From positions 32,001 through 96,000 of the forward strand of contig CAXXDQ010000005.1 of the NCBI GenBank assembly GCA_963664325.2: 64,000 nt of DNA. Direction: 5' to 3'. The notes under the pieces were generated by a model. It did no database searches, had not been told where the DNA came from, and worked only from the letters and a program-made list of their open reading frames with translations. The DNA is from Desulfomonilia bacterium (lineage in GTDB: Bacteria; Desulfobacterota; Desulfomonilia; UBA1062). A program made the position numbers and the translations under genes. Below are positions 19,044 through 29,633 of the stretch, one piece after another; position 1 is the stretch's first letter, and every line of letters begins with the position of its first letter.

Positions 19044-19783
19044 AAAGGGCGCTGATCATAGCGGGCCGCATAATGCGGCAGTTAAGGCACGACAGGAGGC
19101 TCCTGCTCCTCTCCATGCTTGCCCCGCTGGTCATAATATACTTTCTCAAGGTGTTCTTCGACTCCATTCATCTGCCCCCGTTCCTCCCCAAATCAAGATA
19201 CGTGGTTCCGGTCACGGCCTTCATCGTTCACTTCATCAGCTTCGTCACATGCACGATCCTCCTCGTCCAGGAGCGCAGGGCCGGAACGCTGGAAAGGCTC
19301 ATCATCTCTGGGGTGACGCGACTTGAGATAATAGCGGGCTTCCTGCTCGGCTACTTTGCCCTTGTGACCTTCCAGACGGCGATCATTCAGGCGGAGGCCT
19401 TCTGGCTTTTCAAGCTGAAGTTCTCGGCCCAGACAATACTTATACTCTTTGCAGTCACGTGGCTTCTGTCAATCGTCTCAGTTCTGCTCGGCATATTCAT
19501 ATCCACCTTTGCCCGGAACGAGGGCCAGATATTCCCTTTCATACCGCTCATAATAGTGCCTTCGGTTTTTCTTTCCGGCATGATCATAGATGTGGCACAA
19601 TTGCCGAAATGGGCTCAGGTCTTAAGCCGCATCTTCCCCCTTTATTACGCGAACAACGTCATTCAGCAGCTTATCGGAGACGACCCCGTACCCTTTATAA
19701 TCATAATCAATTTCTACGCCCTGGCCGGGTATGTGGTAGTCCTTCTCCTGCTCGCCGCCAATACCTTCAAGGACACTGAATAA
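19040..19783 (+). CDS. ABC-2 type transporter permease
   Basis: Six TMs, ERRAGTLERL motif, ATGA overlap with the ATPase gene. Confidence 0.9.
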   Translation: MKRALIIAGRIMRQLRHDRRLLLLSMLAPLVIIYFLKVFFDSIHLPPFLPKSRYVVPVTAFIVHFISFVTCTILLVQERRAGTLERLIISGVTRLEIIAGFLLGYFALVTFQTAIIQAEAFWLFKLKFSAQTILILFAVTWLLSIVSVLLGIFISTFARNEGQIFPFIPLIIVPSVFLSGMIIDVAQLPKWAQVLSRIFPLYYANNVIQQLIGDDPVPFIIIINFYALAGYVVVLLLLAANTFKDTE

Positions 19784-20023
19784 ACAGGGATATGAACCGG
19801 GTACTATAATCAGGCACGGCCCCTTTTGCCTGCGTTTTCCCGGCCGCCATTACCGCCCGGCCGGTTTTTGTTAAAATTATCGGGCAGTCCGGCGGCATCA
19901 AGGGGAACAGGAACCGTACGACTGGATTTGCAATATACCCGTTGTTGTTTATTGTTCAATTGTTTTATAAAAACCGGGCATGATGATAAAGACGTCTCAT
20001 TATCTGATAAGGAGGAATTATTT

Positions 20024-21355
20024 ATGAAAATAGCATTTATCGGCGCAGGCAGCCTGGGCTTCACATCGGAGCTCGTGCGCGACATCCTGACCTTCGACCT
20101 GCTCAGGGATGCGACCCTGGCGCTCATGGACATCGACGCCGAGAGGCTCGATTTTGCCCTGAAGTCGGTTACCAGGATAATCGAGGTCGGGAACTATCCC
20201 GCGAAGGTCCTCGCGACCATGGACAGGGCCGAGGCCCTGAAAGGCGCCGATGTGGTGCTCACCACGATCCTTTCGGGAAGCACCGACGTCTGGAAATACG
20301 ATATCGAGATACCGAAGAAGTACGGTGTGGACATCAATGTCGGCGACACGAGAGGGCCGAGCGGCATATTCAGGTTCCTGCGCACGCTTCCCCGCATGCT
20401 CGAGATCGTCAAGGACATGGAGAAGTACTGTCCCGGGGCGGTGCTGCTTAATTATACAAATCCCATGGCCATGCTTTGCGGGGCCCTTCAGAGGGTCACG
20501 CACATACCGGTGACCGGGCTCTGCCATTCGGTTCAGGGGACCGCTGTCATGCTAGCATGCTGGATCGGCGCAAGGTCCTTCGACGACATTACCTATACCT
20601 GCGCGGGCATAAACCACCAGGCGTTTTACCTGAAATACGAGATGGACGGCCGGGACGCATACCCGCTCATAAAGAAGGCGATCACCGAGAATCCCGACGT
20701 ATACAACGAAGAGATCGTCAGAAACGAGATGTACCTGCACCTTGACTATTACCCGACAGAATCGAGCGGCCATAACTCCGAGTACAATGCCTGGTTCAGG
20801 AAGCGCCCAGATCTGATTGAGAAATACTGCCTGCCGGGCAAGGGCTGGAATCCGGGCGAGTACGCCTACATCCTGAAGGAATACCAGCAGACCGAGGCGA
20901 CCTGGAAGGACAGGGTCAGAAAAGAGCTGGAAGAGCCCGTCAAGCCGGAAGATCTGAACCGCGGCATGGAGTATGCCGCCTACATCATCAATGCCCTGGC
21001 CGGCGGAGCGGCATATTCCTTCAACGGAAACGTCCCCAACACCTGCCTTATAACGAACCTCCCCCAGGGGGCGTGCGTGGAGGTCCCCGTGTTTGTCGAC
21101 AAAGGCGGCTTCCACCCTGTCCATGTGGGCGCCCTGCCGCCCCAGCTTGCAGCCCTTGTCCACACGAGCAGCATCATAGAGGAAATGGCCATTACGGCGG
21201 CGCTGACCAACGACGCAAGGCTTGTCATGCAGGCGATCATTCATGACCCTCTTACGGCAGCCGTCCTTTCCCTGTCCGAGATAAGGGCCATGGTAAAAGA
21301 AATGTTCGAACAGAACAGGGATTACCTGGGTTATTTCAAGGCGATTGATTTTTAG
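20024..21355 (+). CDS. melA: GH4 alpha-galactosidase (MelA-like)
   Basis: [59 protein letters not shown]. Start at ATG 20024 after AAGGAGG. Confidence 0.88.
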   Translation: MKIAFIGAGSLGFTSELVRDILTFDLLRDATLALMDIDAERLDFALKSVTRIIEVGNYPAKVLATMDRAEALKGADVVLTTILSGSTDVWKYDIEIPKKYGVDINVGDTRGPSGIFRFLRTLPRMLEIVKDMEKYCPGAVLLNYTNPMAMLCGALQRVTHIPVTGLCHSVQGTAVMLACWIGARSFDDITYTCAGINHQAFYLKYEMDGRDAYPLIKKAITENPDVYNEEIVRNEMYLHLDYYPTESSGHNSEYNAWFRKRPDLIEKYCLPGKGWNPGEYAYILKEYQQTEATWKDRVRKELEEPVKPEDLNRGMEYAAYIINALAGGAAYSFNGNVPNTCLITNLPQGACVEVPVFVDKGGFHPVHVGALPPQLAALVHTSSIIEEMAITAALTNDARLVMQAIIHDPLTAAVLSLSEIRAMVKEMFEQNRDYLGYFKAIDF

Positions 21356-21381
21356 AAGGGGCCCCTTTCGGGGCCTTCCCT
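21355..21381. terminator. Possible terminator hairpin between convergent genes
   Basis: GC-rich stem GAAGGGGCCC-ctttc-GGGCCTTCCC right after the melA stop; no strong U-tract. Confidence 0.4.
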
Positions 21382-21432
21382 GATTCAGACCGGGGATGCG
21401 CGTGAGCCCCCGGCCTTCCGGACAGGAAGATT

Positions 21433-22581
21433 CTAGGTACCCGATTGCCAGTGGAGCTGGCGGTAATTGTTGCGGATGAACGGCGTGAGGTTTTCCAGAA
21501 TCTGCCGTGAGCCCTTGGCGGCCACCTCTTTCCTGAGCTCCTCCATGCCTGTGGTGCGGCCCAGCCGGGCGGACAGGTAGCCCAGAAGGGTAACCGCTAC
21601 GGCCTCGCGGGCCTGTTCCGGGGTGAACTCGGGCTGCTTTCCGTTCAGGATGCAGTCGGCGAAGTGAGTGTCTTCATGATAGGCCGAGATGATGTAGTAT
21701 TGGGGGTAGGCCCCGTGCTCGGCGGCGATCTCGTAATAGACCCCCTTCATCTGCGCGTTAGGATGGGAGGAAAAGAGGCGGATGGGTTTCTCCCAGGCGT
21801 GGTCTTCCAGCAGGTGTCCCCTGGTGCCGTGCAGTTCGGTGTTGTTGTTCAGCGGATGCACTGTGGTGGATGAAAGGGAGACCTCGATCATGGCCCCGTT
21901 TTCAAATTGAAGGTGCATGACTGCGTTATCCTCGCCCTTGCATGACGGGGAGTCATAGGCCTTGCCGAGCCAGGCCTGGGCGCTTTCCACCCGTCCGAGG
22001 AGCCAGTTAAGCAGGGCGAACTTGTGCACTCCCTGGTCGGCCAGAACCCCTCCGCCGCCCTTGTCGCAGGTGAAGTGCCAGCATGCCGAATCGAGGAACT
22101 GCCAGGCCGGGCAATAGGCGCCTTCATAGGTGCGGCCCAGATAGACGTCGCCCAGAAGCCCGCCGTCGATGAGCTCCTTGATCCTGCGGTGGGCCGGCAG
22201 GAAGCGGTGGTTCTCGGCGATCATGAATTTCACACCGGCTTTGGCCGTGGCGGCGATCATGGCGTCGCATTCCTCCAGCGTCGGGGCCATGGGCTTTTCG
22301 CAGAGCACATGCTTGCCCGCCTCGGAGGCGCGGCTCACGTATTCGGCATGCAGGTAATGCGGCACGCAGACCAGTACCGCGTCGATGTCGCTGTTAATGA
22401 AGGCGTTAAAATCTGTATACGGTGCAAGTTTCATCCGTTTGACCAGGCGGGACAGGTTCTTCTCGTTGACGTCATAGGCGGCCGTGAACTGCAGGTTAGC
22501 TTCAGGACGGTTTTTAAAGGCCAGGGAATGAAACGTGGCGGCGTCACCGGCGCCGATGATACCGAATCTAACATGATCCAT
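21433..22581 (-). CDS. Gfo/Idh/MocA-family oxidoreductase
   Basis: RFGIIGAG, AGKHVLCEKPMA, GGGVLADQGVH. Start MDHVRF after AAGGAGG. Confidence 0.92.
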   Translation of the reverse strand: MDHVRFGIIGAGDAATFHSLAFKNRPEANLQFTAAYDVNEKNLSRLVKRMKLAPYTDFNAFINSDIDAVLVCVPHYLHAEYVSRASEAGKHVLCEKPMAPTLEECDAMIAATAKAGVKFMIAENHRFLPAHRRIKELIDGGLLGDVYLGRTYEGAYCPAWQFLDSACWHFTCDKGGGGVLADQGVHKFALLNWLLGRVESAQAWLGKAYDSPSCKGEDNAVMHLQFENGAMIEVSLSSTTVHPLNNNTELHGTRGHLLEDHAWEKPIRLFSSHPNAQMKGVYYEIAAEHGAYPQYYIISAYHEDTHFADCILNGKQPEFTPEQAREAVAVTLLGYLSARLGRTTGMEELRKEVAAKGSRQILENLTPFIRNNYRQLHWQSGT

Positions 22582-22921
22582 GGGTGTCCTCCTTAAAAAA
22601 TGTGGAGCAGGCTGGAATTCCGGCATTATAGCGCGCGCTATCCATGCGTCAAGGCCCATGTCCGGATATTTCAAAAATTGAAAACCGGGTTCCGGTTTTA
22701 TCTTCGAGATACAACTCACAAAAAAAGCGGATGACAAGCCGTTTGCCTTCAGCCTGTGTTTTTCATCCAGATGACAATTGCCCGCTGTCCGGGCAACAGA
22801 GGGAAAAGGTCTGTTGCCGCCGGTCTGGTAACCTCGGTCTTCTTTTTCCGGAAGAAGTGAGGGATAACTGTGAATTTTGAGACAAGCCTTCGAGACCGGG
22901 CGCAGCCGGAGAAGCAGGGCT

Positions 22922-23635
22922 TTACCCGGCCGGGGCCGTGTTCCCTTTTGTCTTCAGGAACTGCTCTACCCTGGGGATCTCCGGGGAATTAAAACTTTCC
23001 GTGATGTATTTTTCCATGCAGACCATGCGTTTGATGCCCATGAGCGTTCCATAGGGGTTGTCGTCGCTGAAGAAGTTTGTAAGGCTCGGGGGAATCCCGA
23101 CCGGATCGGCGTGCACGATATAGGTCAGGCGGGTATGCTCGCGGTCGATGATCTCTAGGATGAAGATCCCCTGGAGGTCGTGCATGCGCACCCGATTCTT
23201 TTGGAGGGGGCAATACTGCGAACTTTCCGGTTCCGGCAGGCCCTGCAGGACGATGGAGAACACGCCTCGCCTGAAGTCCTTGCTCACTATAGTGCGCACT
23301 ACGACGTCACGGTCGGAAAGCGGCCAGGGCATGTCGGTAACGTTGAGAATTATCAGGTCGTCTTTCCCGAAGGACCTGATCAGGCGTCCCTCCCTGCAGT
23401 TGTACATGAACTGGGCATAGGCCGGGATGTCGCGCAGCACGGCCTCGATCACCTCGATACGGGCGTTGACGGTGGTCTCGCCCTTGAATTCGCTTATGGG
23501 CGAGCCCGGGAATGTGCGTTTGAAGAGTGTAATCCCGTTTTTCGCCTTGATCATCACCCAGGGAGGCTCTGCGGACAGGGGCCACGGCATCAGCACTGAT
23601 GTCATAAGCACCAATAGCAGGAGTTTTCGCATCAT
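22922..23635 (-). CDS. START-domain (lipid-binding) secreted protein
   Basis: Signal peptide, W..IKAKNGITLF, EFKGET, MPWPLSDRDVV, HADPVG. Confidence 0.85.
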   Translation of the reverse strand: MMRKLLLLVLMTSVLMPWPLSAEPPWVMIKAKNGITLFKRTFPGSPISEFKGETTVNARIEVIEAVLRDIPAYAQFMYNCREGRLIRSFGKDDLIILNVTDMPWPLSDRDVVVRTIVSKDFRRGVFSIVLQGLPEPESSQYCPLQKNRVRMHDLQGIFILEIIDREHTRLTYIVHADPVGIPPSLTNFFSDDNPYGTLMGIKRMVCMEKYITESFNSPEIPRVEQFLKTKGNTAPAG

Positions 23636-23653
23636 GATGCCGCCGTGTGCGCG

Positions 23654-24529
23654 CTATTGCGGCTCCGCAATGAAGAGCCGCCGGTAGACCGCATAGCCCG
23701 GCATCGGCTTCCTGAGTATGGCAAAGTAGACGAGAACGAAGGCGGCCGGCATTCCGATGAGGAAGCCCGGCAGCAGGCTTCCCGCCGCCTTGCCGATATA
23801 GTTCACCATGAGTCCGGTGATCGCCGCAGACCCGAGCGAGATAACGAAAACACCCATGAGGGAGAAGGCCATGAGCTTGAAGAGCCCTGTCGGCACTATT
23901 TCCCCGGGCAGGGACGCATCGGCCTCGGCCCCCTCCCTGATCCATTTCGCCATGGGGAAGAGAATCCCAGGTACGATCACGATGCCCATGGCGTAGAGGG
24001 TCAGGGCGACATTGCTCCACAGGAAGTCTATTCCCATGTGCTGGCCCGGAGACCAAGGCGCACCCGCGACCGTAGGGTCATAGAGGAAACGCTGCCAGCC
24101 GAGCCCGTCCCATCCGTGCAGGAGAATAAAGAACATGCAGAAATACCCGAGGAACCACTGTAGATGTCCTGCATAGTAACGGCCCTTCTGGAAAAGCCTG
24201 CCTGTGATCCAGAAACCGAGTATCCCCTGGGTGATATTTGTGATGGCGAACAGGACTACCAGCCAGGCCGGAAGGTCGGCATGGGTGCGCGCCACCTGCA
24301 TGGTCTCCCAGTGCGGGAAGTTCCAGAGCAGATATATCCCTGACGGGGCGAAGGCGCAGGCCAGAAAGATCAGGTTATAGGTAAAGTACCGGTTCTGAAA
24401 GATGGATGGCTTTTCACTGTCCGGGACGGCCGAGTCCTTGCGGATTGTCAGCGCCCGGATCTGCCTGCCAGCCGAGGCGGCGAACCCGGCCCCGATTGCA
24501 TACGACCAGAAGATATCAACCTGAACCAT
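23654..24529 (-). CDS. Conserved hypothetical multi-TM membrane protein
   Basis: Begins MVQVDIFWSYAIGAGFA; motifs FAPSGIYLLWNFPHWETMQ and FFILLHGWDGLGWQRF; several TMs. Confidence 0.8.
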   Translation of the reverse strand: MVQVDIFWSYAIGAGFAASAGRQIRALTIRKDSAVPDSEKPSIFQNRYFTYNLIFLACAFAPSGIYLLWNFPHWETMQVARTHADLPAWLVVLFAITNITQGILGFWITGRLFQKGRYYAGHLQWFLGYFCMFFILLHGWDGLGWQRFLYDPTVAGAPWSPGQHMGIDFLWSNVALTLYAMGIVIVPGILFPMAKWIREGAEADASLPGEIVPTGLFKLMAFSLMGVFVISLGSAAITGLMVNYIGKAAGSLLPGFLIGMPAAFVLVYFAILRKPMPGYAVYRRLFIAEPQ

Positions 24530-24762
24530 AAAACCCTCCCCTTCATCTGTCATATTTCCGGCAGTCACGTAGATGGACCGGATAAAGACTCCGTATTGTA
24601 CCATGTATCCGCTTCTCATTAAAGAAGAGGTTGGACTTCCAAAGTCCCGGAACCCTTTCCTGATAATTTTAATTCCTGAAAGTCGGGTTCCGGCTGTTTT
24701 TTGATTTGCCTTTATAACCGAAAGGCCCCATTCTTGATCGGATCACTGTCGATACGTTTTAG

Positions 24763-24966
24763 ATGAATACTCCGCCAGCCGAGAAGGTTGTGCAGGATGA
24801 CCGGATATTGCTGAAACGCCATGCATGGCTTTCTATCGCCGCAGCCGTGACGGCTGTTCTTATAAAAGGGTCCGAATATTGTCTGACAGGTTCTGTCGGT
24901 TTATATGCCGATGCCATGGAACCGATTGTCAACCTTGCCTGGGTGCATTCTGTAAAAACAGTATAA
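24763..24966 (+). pseudogene. N-terminal fragment of a cation diffusion facilitator (FieF-like)
   Basis: AWLSIAAAV...IK...LTGSVGLYADAMEPIVNL matches CDF TM1-TM2, then stops. Confidence 0.7.
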
Positions 24967-25107
24967 GATGATATGTCACGTGTTATCCTCTCCCGTTGTT
25001 CAGATTTAAAGACTTCAAAAAAAGCCGGATTTCAAATTTACTTTTTGCAGGAATGGTTTAAAATTTAAAAACTTGGACTGCAAAAAAATATATAAAGGAG
25101 ATTCCCG

Positions 25108-25881
25108 ATGAAGCATGCAGGCAGGATGTTCATTTTTATCTTATTGATGCTTTTTTCCGTGAATGCCTATGCAGGAGAGGTGATGACAGCCTCCGGCCAC
25201 CCCGAATACCCGCCCGTCATGTGGAAACAGGGGGGTGAAATAGTAGGCGTCGGCCCGGAACTCATGAAGATGGTCTTCAAACCTCTGGGCGTGACGGTCA
25301 ACTGCCCTTACATGGGCGATTGGGACAAGGTGCAGGACGAACTGAAGAATGGCAAAATCGATGCCCTGGTAGGCGTTTACATGACACGTGAAAGGAAGGC
25401 TGTAATGGATTTCTCGCGGCCTTTTACCACGGATCCGGTCGTGATATTCGTCGCCAGAGGCAAGTCCTTTCCTTTTGAAAAGTGGGATGACCTTATCGGC
25501 AGAAAGGGCGTCTCAACGACAGGCGACAGTTTCGGCCAGGAATTCGACGCATTCATAGGCGCCAAACTTGACGTCAAAAGGTCGGTGACAGTCGAGGAAA
25601 ATTTCAATAAGCTTCTTTCGGGCCAGGCCGATTATTTCATCTTTGCCATGTACTCGGGCAATTTCGAAGCAAAGAGGCTTGGCATAGCTGACAAAGTCGA
25701 GCACCTTAGAAAAGAGGCGTCAATCGAAAACTTTTATTTTGCAGTTTCGAAAAAATCCCGGTTCGCCCGGCTTATCCCAAAGGCCGACAGACGCATTGAA
25801 AAGCTTGTCAAGGACGGCACCGTCGATAACCTCATAAAAAAGTATACTAAAATTTATGAGGATTCATTGTCAAAGAAATAA
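25108..25881 (+). CDS. Solute-binding protein family 3 (amino-acid ABC type)
   Basis: Signal peptide, HPEYPP, LKNGKIDAL, MDFSRPF, FYFAVSKKS. Confidence 0.88.
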   Translation: MKHAGRMFIFILLMLFSVNAYAGEVMTASGHPEYPPVMWKQGGEIVGVGPELMKMVFKPLGVTVNCPYMGDWDKVQDELKNGKIDALVGVYMTRERKAVMDFSRPFTTDPVVIFVARGKSFPFEKWDDLIGRKGVSTTGDSFGQEFDAFIGAKLDVKRSVTVEENFNKLLSGQADYFIFAMYSGNFEAKRLGIADKVEHLRKEASIENFYFAVSKKSRFARLIPKADRRIEKLVKDGTVDNLIKKYTKIYEDSLSKK

Positions 25882-25896
25882 GCAGGCAGTTGCCTG

Positions 25897-26328
25897 ATGA
25901 ACCCGCACTTCAAATTCAATGTAAAAAAAGGAATTTGTTCTTCTGCGGTTTTAATAATTGTCGCAGCAGGAGTCCTTTTCTCACCCGCATCTTATGCAGG
26001 CGGGTCATTCATTCTTGATGACATCAAGCCGGTCCTTGGCCAGGCGCCCGTGGTTGAGAAATATCTTTTTACCGGGCTTGAGCTTGAAAAAAGCGGGGAT
26101 GCAAACCGCATCGGCAGCAATGTCAATCCGAGGCTCGGCGGTACCCGCCTCGGCCCGTACTGTGTCAATGCAAAACCCAAAGGCGCCAGGGGAAAGAACA
26201 CGTTCAGGGTCTGCATCAATACGGAATACCAGTTCACGGACCGGGCGGGCAAACCCTGCAAGCTCGAACAGGCCTACAGCGTGAAAGAGAAGTTCAGTTC
26301 AGTAGAGATCAAGCCTATAAAGGAGTGA
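25897..26328 (+). CDS. Hypothetical secreted protein
   Basis: 143-aa ORF with signal peptide (SYA), co-oriented in the operon. Confidence 0.7.
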   Translation: MNPHFKFNVKKGICSSAVLIIVAAGVLFSPASYAGGSFILDDIKPVLGQAPVVEKYLFTGLELEKSGDANRIGSNVNPRLGGTRLGPYCVNAKPKGARGKNTFRVCINTEYQFTDRAGKPCKLEQAYSVKEKFSSVEIKPIKE

Positions 26329-26335
26329 ACGAAGC

Positions 26336-26914
26336 ATGGGAAGACTGAGAAATCTGATCATTAAAGATGAAGTGTGTCCCTGGTGGCTTATATGGACCTT
26401 CGACAACCCGCTCAGGAAGCTTCTGCAAAAGCCTGAGGCGTTCCTTGACGGGTTTGTAAACGCCGGGGATACAGCAGTCGATATCGGCTGCGGAATAGGC
26501 TATTTCACCATCCCTCTGGCCCGGATGGCGGGTGCGGCCGGAAAGGTGATTGCAGTTGACCTGCAGGAGAGGATGCTGGCCGGGATGGAGAAACGCGCCA
26601 TAAAAAACGGCCTCAGGGACAGGATCGTTCCGCATAAATGTACGCCCCAGTCGCTTGGCCTCAGTGTTCAGGCGGATTTTGTCCTGGCCTTTTACATGGT
26701 TCATGAAGTTCCCGACCAGGCGCATCTCTTCGGCGAGATAGCCTCGATACTGAAGACCGGGGGTAAAGTACTTGTGGTCGAACCCGGGATGCATGTGAAA
26801 GCCGATGCCTTTGAAAAGACGATAAGAACAGCGCAGTCCTGCGGGTTGAGACTTGTTTCAAGGCCCCAATTCAGGTTCAGCCATGCAGCGGTGTTTAGCC
26901 ATCAGGGCAATTGA
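26336..26914 (+). CDS. Class I SAM-dependent methyltransferase
   Basis: VCPWW N-terminus, VDIGCGIGYF, AVDLQERML, FYMVHEVPD. Confidence 0.9.
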   Translation: MGRLRNLIIKDEVCPWWLIWTFDNPLRKLLQKPEAFLDGFVNAGDTAVDIGCGIGYFTIPLARMAGAAGKVIAVDLQERMLAGMEKRAIKNGLRDRIVPHKCTPQSLGLSVQADFVLAFYMVHEVPDQAHLFGEIASILKTGGKVLVVEPGMHVKADAFEKTIRTAQSCGLRLVSRPQFRFSHAAVFSHQGN

Positions 26915-26948
26915 CTAAACGATGGCCCCTGTTCTATAAGCCATTCCC

Positions 26949-27449
26949 ATGAAAGAATGGTATGTTGTAAACACGAATCCGCGTGAGGATATTGCGGCCA
27001 TGGCAAAGCTGAGGCAGGACGGGTTTGATGTTTATCAGCCGTACATGCAGAAATATGTCTTCCATGCCAGAAAGAAAACGCTAAAAAAAGTACCCCTTTT
27101 CCCGAATTATATTTTCGTGAATTCGGAAGACGCCGAGGCCGAACTTTTCAAGGTGAAATGGTGTCACGGGGTCAGGCGCCTGTTGATTGACAACAATAAC
27201 CCGGTGCCGATTTCAGCCGGGTTTGTTGATATGCTCAAGTCCATTGAAACACAGGGTGAAGGGGTCATAAAAAAACCTGTAGATTATGAAAAGGGCGAAC
27301 TTGTCAGGGTGATGTCCGGGCCGATGAAGGACGTGATAGGTATATTCGAATCATGGGATTCCGATGAAGGCAGGGTCAGAATTCTCGTCGAGATAGTAAA
27401 CCAGCAGGCCAAGGTGGTTCTTCATGCGTCCATGCTGGAGAAGGCATAA
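26949..27449 (+). CDS. NusG paralogue (RfaH/UpxY-like transcription antiterminator)
   Basis: WYVVNTNPRE, PLFPNYIFV (NGN domain), KOW motif GELVRVMSGPMKDVIGIF. Confidence 0.88.
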   Translation: MKEWYVVNTNPREDIAAMAKLRQDGFDVYQPYMQKYVFHARKKTLKKVPLFPNYIFVNSEDAEAELFKVKWCHGVRRLLIDNNNPVPISAGFVDMLKSIETQGEGVIKKPVDYEKGELVRVMSGPMKDVIGIFESWDSDEGRVRILVEIVNQQAKVVLHASMLEKA

Positions 27450-27466
27450 AATTCAGGAGGCCTCGG

Positions 27467-29080
27467 ATACATACCGTATTCGGCGATACGAGGGGTTTGA
27501 AGGCGCCAGATCTGAGGGCGCTTGAAAGGCTTTACCGCAGGAAGCTGCCGGCCGAAGCCGTTTTCACGCCTGAACTTGCCGGGGAAATCTGCCGCATATC
27601 ATGGGCCACAGGCATTCAGATAGGGATCATCCTCGACCGCTTCGGCGAAGTCCAGTACGTGATCGCAGGCGACGCTACGGGTCTGACAATCCCTCCGCTC
27701 GACCGCAGGCGCACGCACCAGGGAAGGCTGCAGGGGCTGAGATTGATCCACACACATCTCGGCGACGGTAACCTCTCAGCCGAAGACCTCACCGACCTGT
27801 CGCGCCTGAGGCTCGATATGATATGGGCTATCGAAGTCCTTGACGGAGGAAGGCCCGGCTATGCCTATGGCGCACACCTTTATCCCGACAGCGGCATGCG
27901 CCTCGAATGGAAGCTTCTGGAACCGTCAAGAACCGACCGCATGGACATGGAGTTTGACACCTTCATATCGGAGCTCGAGGCCGAAATCGGCCGGATGAAG
28001 CCGGCCAGAAAGGTCGAAAGCGGGGACAGGGCCATACTTGTTGCAACAGGCAGCGACCCGGAAGATATGGAAATCCGCACCATGGAGCTAAAAGATCTGG
28101 CCGCATCCGCAGGGATCGCCGTCCTGGACACCGTCGTTCAGCGCAGGTCCAAGCCCGACCCGAAATACATTGTCGGCAAAGGCAAGCTGAACGATATATA
28201 TATAAAAGCCCTGGCCTCGGATGCGAACCTCATTGTCTTCGACCAGGAGATAAGCCCTTCACAGTCGCGCTCCATCTCGGAAGCGATCGACATGCGCGTG
28301 CTTGACCGCACGCAGGTGATCCTTGATATTTTCGCAAAACGCGCCCGCACCATGGAAGGGAAAATCCAGGTTGAACTCGCCCAGCTCAAGTACAACATGC
28401 CCAGGCTTGTAGGCAGGAACCCGGCGCTCTCCCGTCTGCTGGGCGGCATAGGCATCAGGGGGCCGGGGGAATCAAAGCTCGAGATCGACCGCAGGCGCGC
28501 TAAAGAGCGCATGGGAAGGCTCGAAAAAGAGGCCAGGCGCATCAGTGAGAAGAGGGCCCTTACCCGCAGGAAGCGCCAGGAAAAGAAACTGCCGGTGATA
28601 TCCATCATAGGCTATACCAATACGGGAAAATCAACGCTTCTGAACACGCTCACGAAAAGCAATGTCCTGGCGGCGGACATGCCTTTTGCAACGCTGGACC
28701 CGTCAAGCAAGCGGCTCAGGTTTCCCAGGGACATCGAGGTCATTATAACCGATACGGTGGGCTTCATCCGTGACCTGCCCGCCGACTTGAAGGCGGCCTT
28801 CATGGCCACGCTGGAGGAGTTGAACGATGCCGACCTCCTTCTCGAGGTAATAGACATAACCGACCCGTTCATCGATTACAGGATGCAGGCGGTCAACGTG
28901 ATCCTTAGCGGACTTGAGCTTGAATCCAGGCCGCGCCTGAGGGTCTTCAACAAGATTGATAAAGCAGACAAGGAATATGTCGAGATAATGACACGGCGCC
29001 ATGACGGCGTGGCCATATCGGCCCTTGACCGCAAGACGCTTACGCCCCTCATCGAAAGGCTTGAAAGGTATTTTTCATAA
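27467..29080 (+). CDS. hflX: GTPase HflX, long form with N-terminal extension; probable ATA start
   Basis: RLIHTH N-domain, DRTQVILDIFAKRA, GPGESKLEIDRR, GYTNTGKST, FATLDP, DTVGF, NKID. AGGAGG at 27455-27460 precedes in-frame ATA 27467; the alternative start is TTG 27497. Confidence 0.95.
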   Translation: MHTVFGDTRGLKAPDLRALERLYRRKLPAEAVFTPELAGEICRISWATGIQIGIILDRFGEVQYVIAGDATGLTIPPLDRRRTHQGRLQGLRLIHTHLGDGNLSAEDLTDLSRLRLDMIWAIEVLDGGRPGYAYGAHLYPDSGMRLEWKLLEPSRTDRMDMEFDTFISELEAEIGRMKPARKVESGDRAILVATGSDPEDMEIRTMELKDLAASAGIAVLDTVVQRRSKPDPKYIVGKGKLNDIYIKALASDANLIVFDQEISPSQSRSISEAIDMRVLDRTQVILDIFAKRARTMEGKIQVELAQLKYNMPRLVGRNPALSRLLGGIGIRGPGESKLEIDRRRAKERMGRLEKEARRISEKRALTRRKRQEKKLPVISIIGYTNTGKSTLLNTLTKSNVLAADMPFATLDPSSKRLRFPRDIEVIITDTVGFIRDLPADLKAAFMATLEELNDADLLLEVIDITDPFIDYRMQAVNVILSGLELESRPRLRVFNKIDKADKEYVEIMTRRHDGVAISALDRKTLTPLIERLERYFS

Positions 29081-29284
29081 ATAGCCATGATGGATTAAGT
29101 CCAAACCGATAAAAACCGTCTACGAAATAGCATTAAGTTAAAGTGAGTAACCCTCAAGTTTTCATATCGTGCCATAATGCAACCTTCTGGAATTGTTCTA
29201 ACCGGTATAACTATCATCTGAAAACCTTGAAATTTTCTGTTTCATGAAAATAAAAGTTTATCGCAGATATCCATAGTCTGGCAG
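29026..29284 (+). repeat. hflX 3' end plus downstream sequence, direct-repeat copy 1
   Basis: Aligns with 41296-41472 (CTCATCGAAAGGCTyGAAAGGTATTTTTCATA, CCAAACCGATAAAAACC, GAAATTTTCTGTTTCATGAAAATAAA). Confidence 0.9.
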
Positions 29285-29633
29285 GAGCATTGATGTATTA
29301 TAGCACTGTATATTTTTGCATAATCGCTGGACAGTAAAGGTCTTGCGGGCATATATGCAGTTTGAGTTGAATGTTATTAGACGTGAAATCCAACATTGAT
29401 TTGTTGGGCTTACTATGCAGGCCCAATCTAAGAATAAACCAAATACCACTGATAATACGTATTACGCTTTTAATGGTAATAAGTACTAAATACATAATCA
29501 TTAAATTATAAATATTTGATTTAATTAGAACGTTATTGTAAATATTTAAGCATTAACCCAAGGGGGCTGTTTGAAAACAGCATAAACATGTATTACGTAT
29601 ATTAATTGTTAGGCTGAACCTTTAGGGGAAACT

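Noticed and set aside
19826-20023. N-terminal extensions in the ORF track (also 22582-22737, 53355-53489, 59655-59825, 9978-10025)
   Set aside because: Better RBS-supported downstream starts coincide with the family N-termini; some extensions overlap other genes or repeats.
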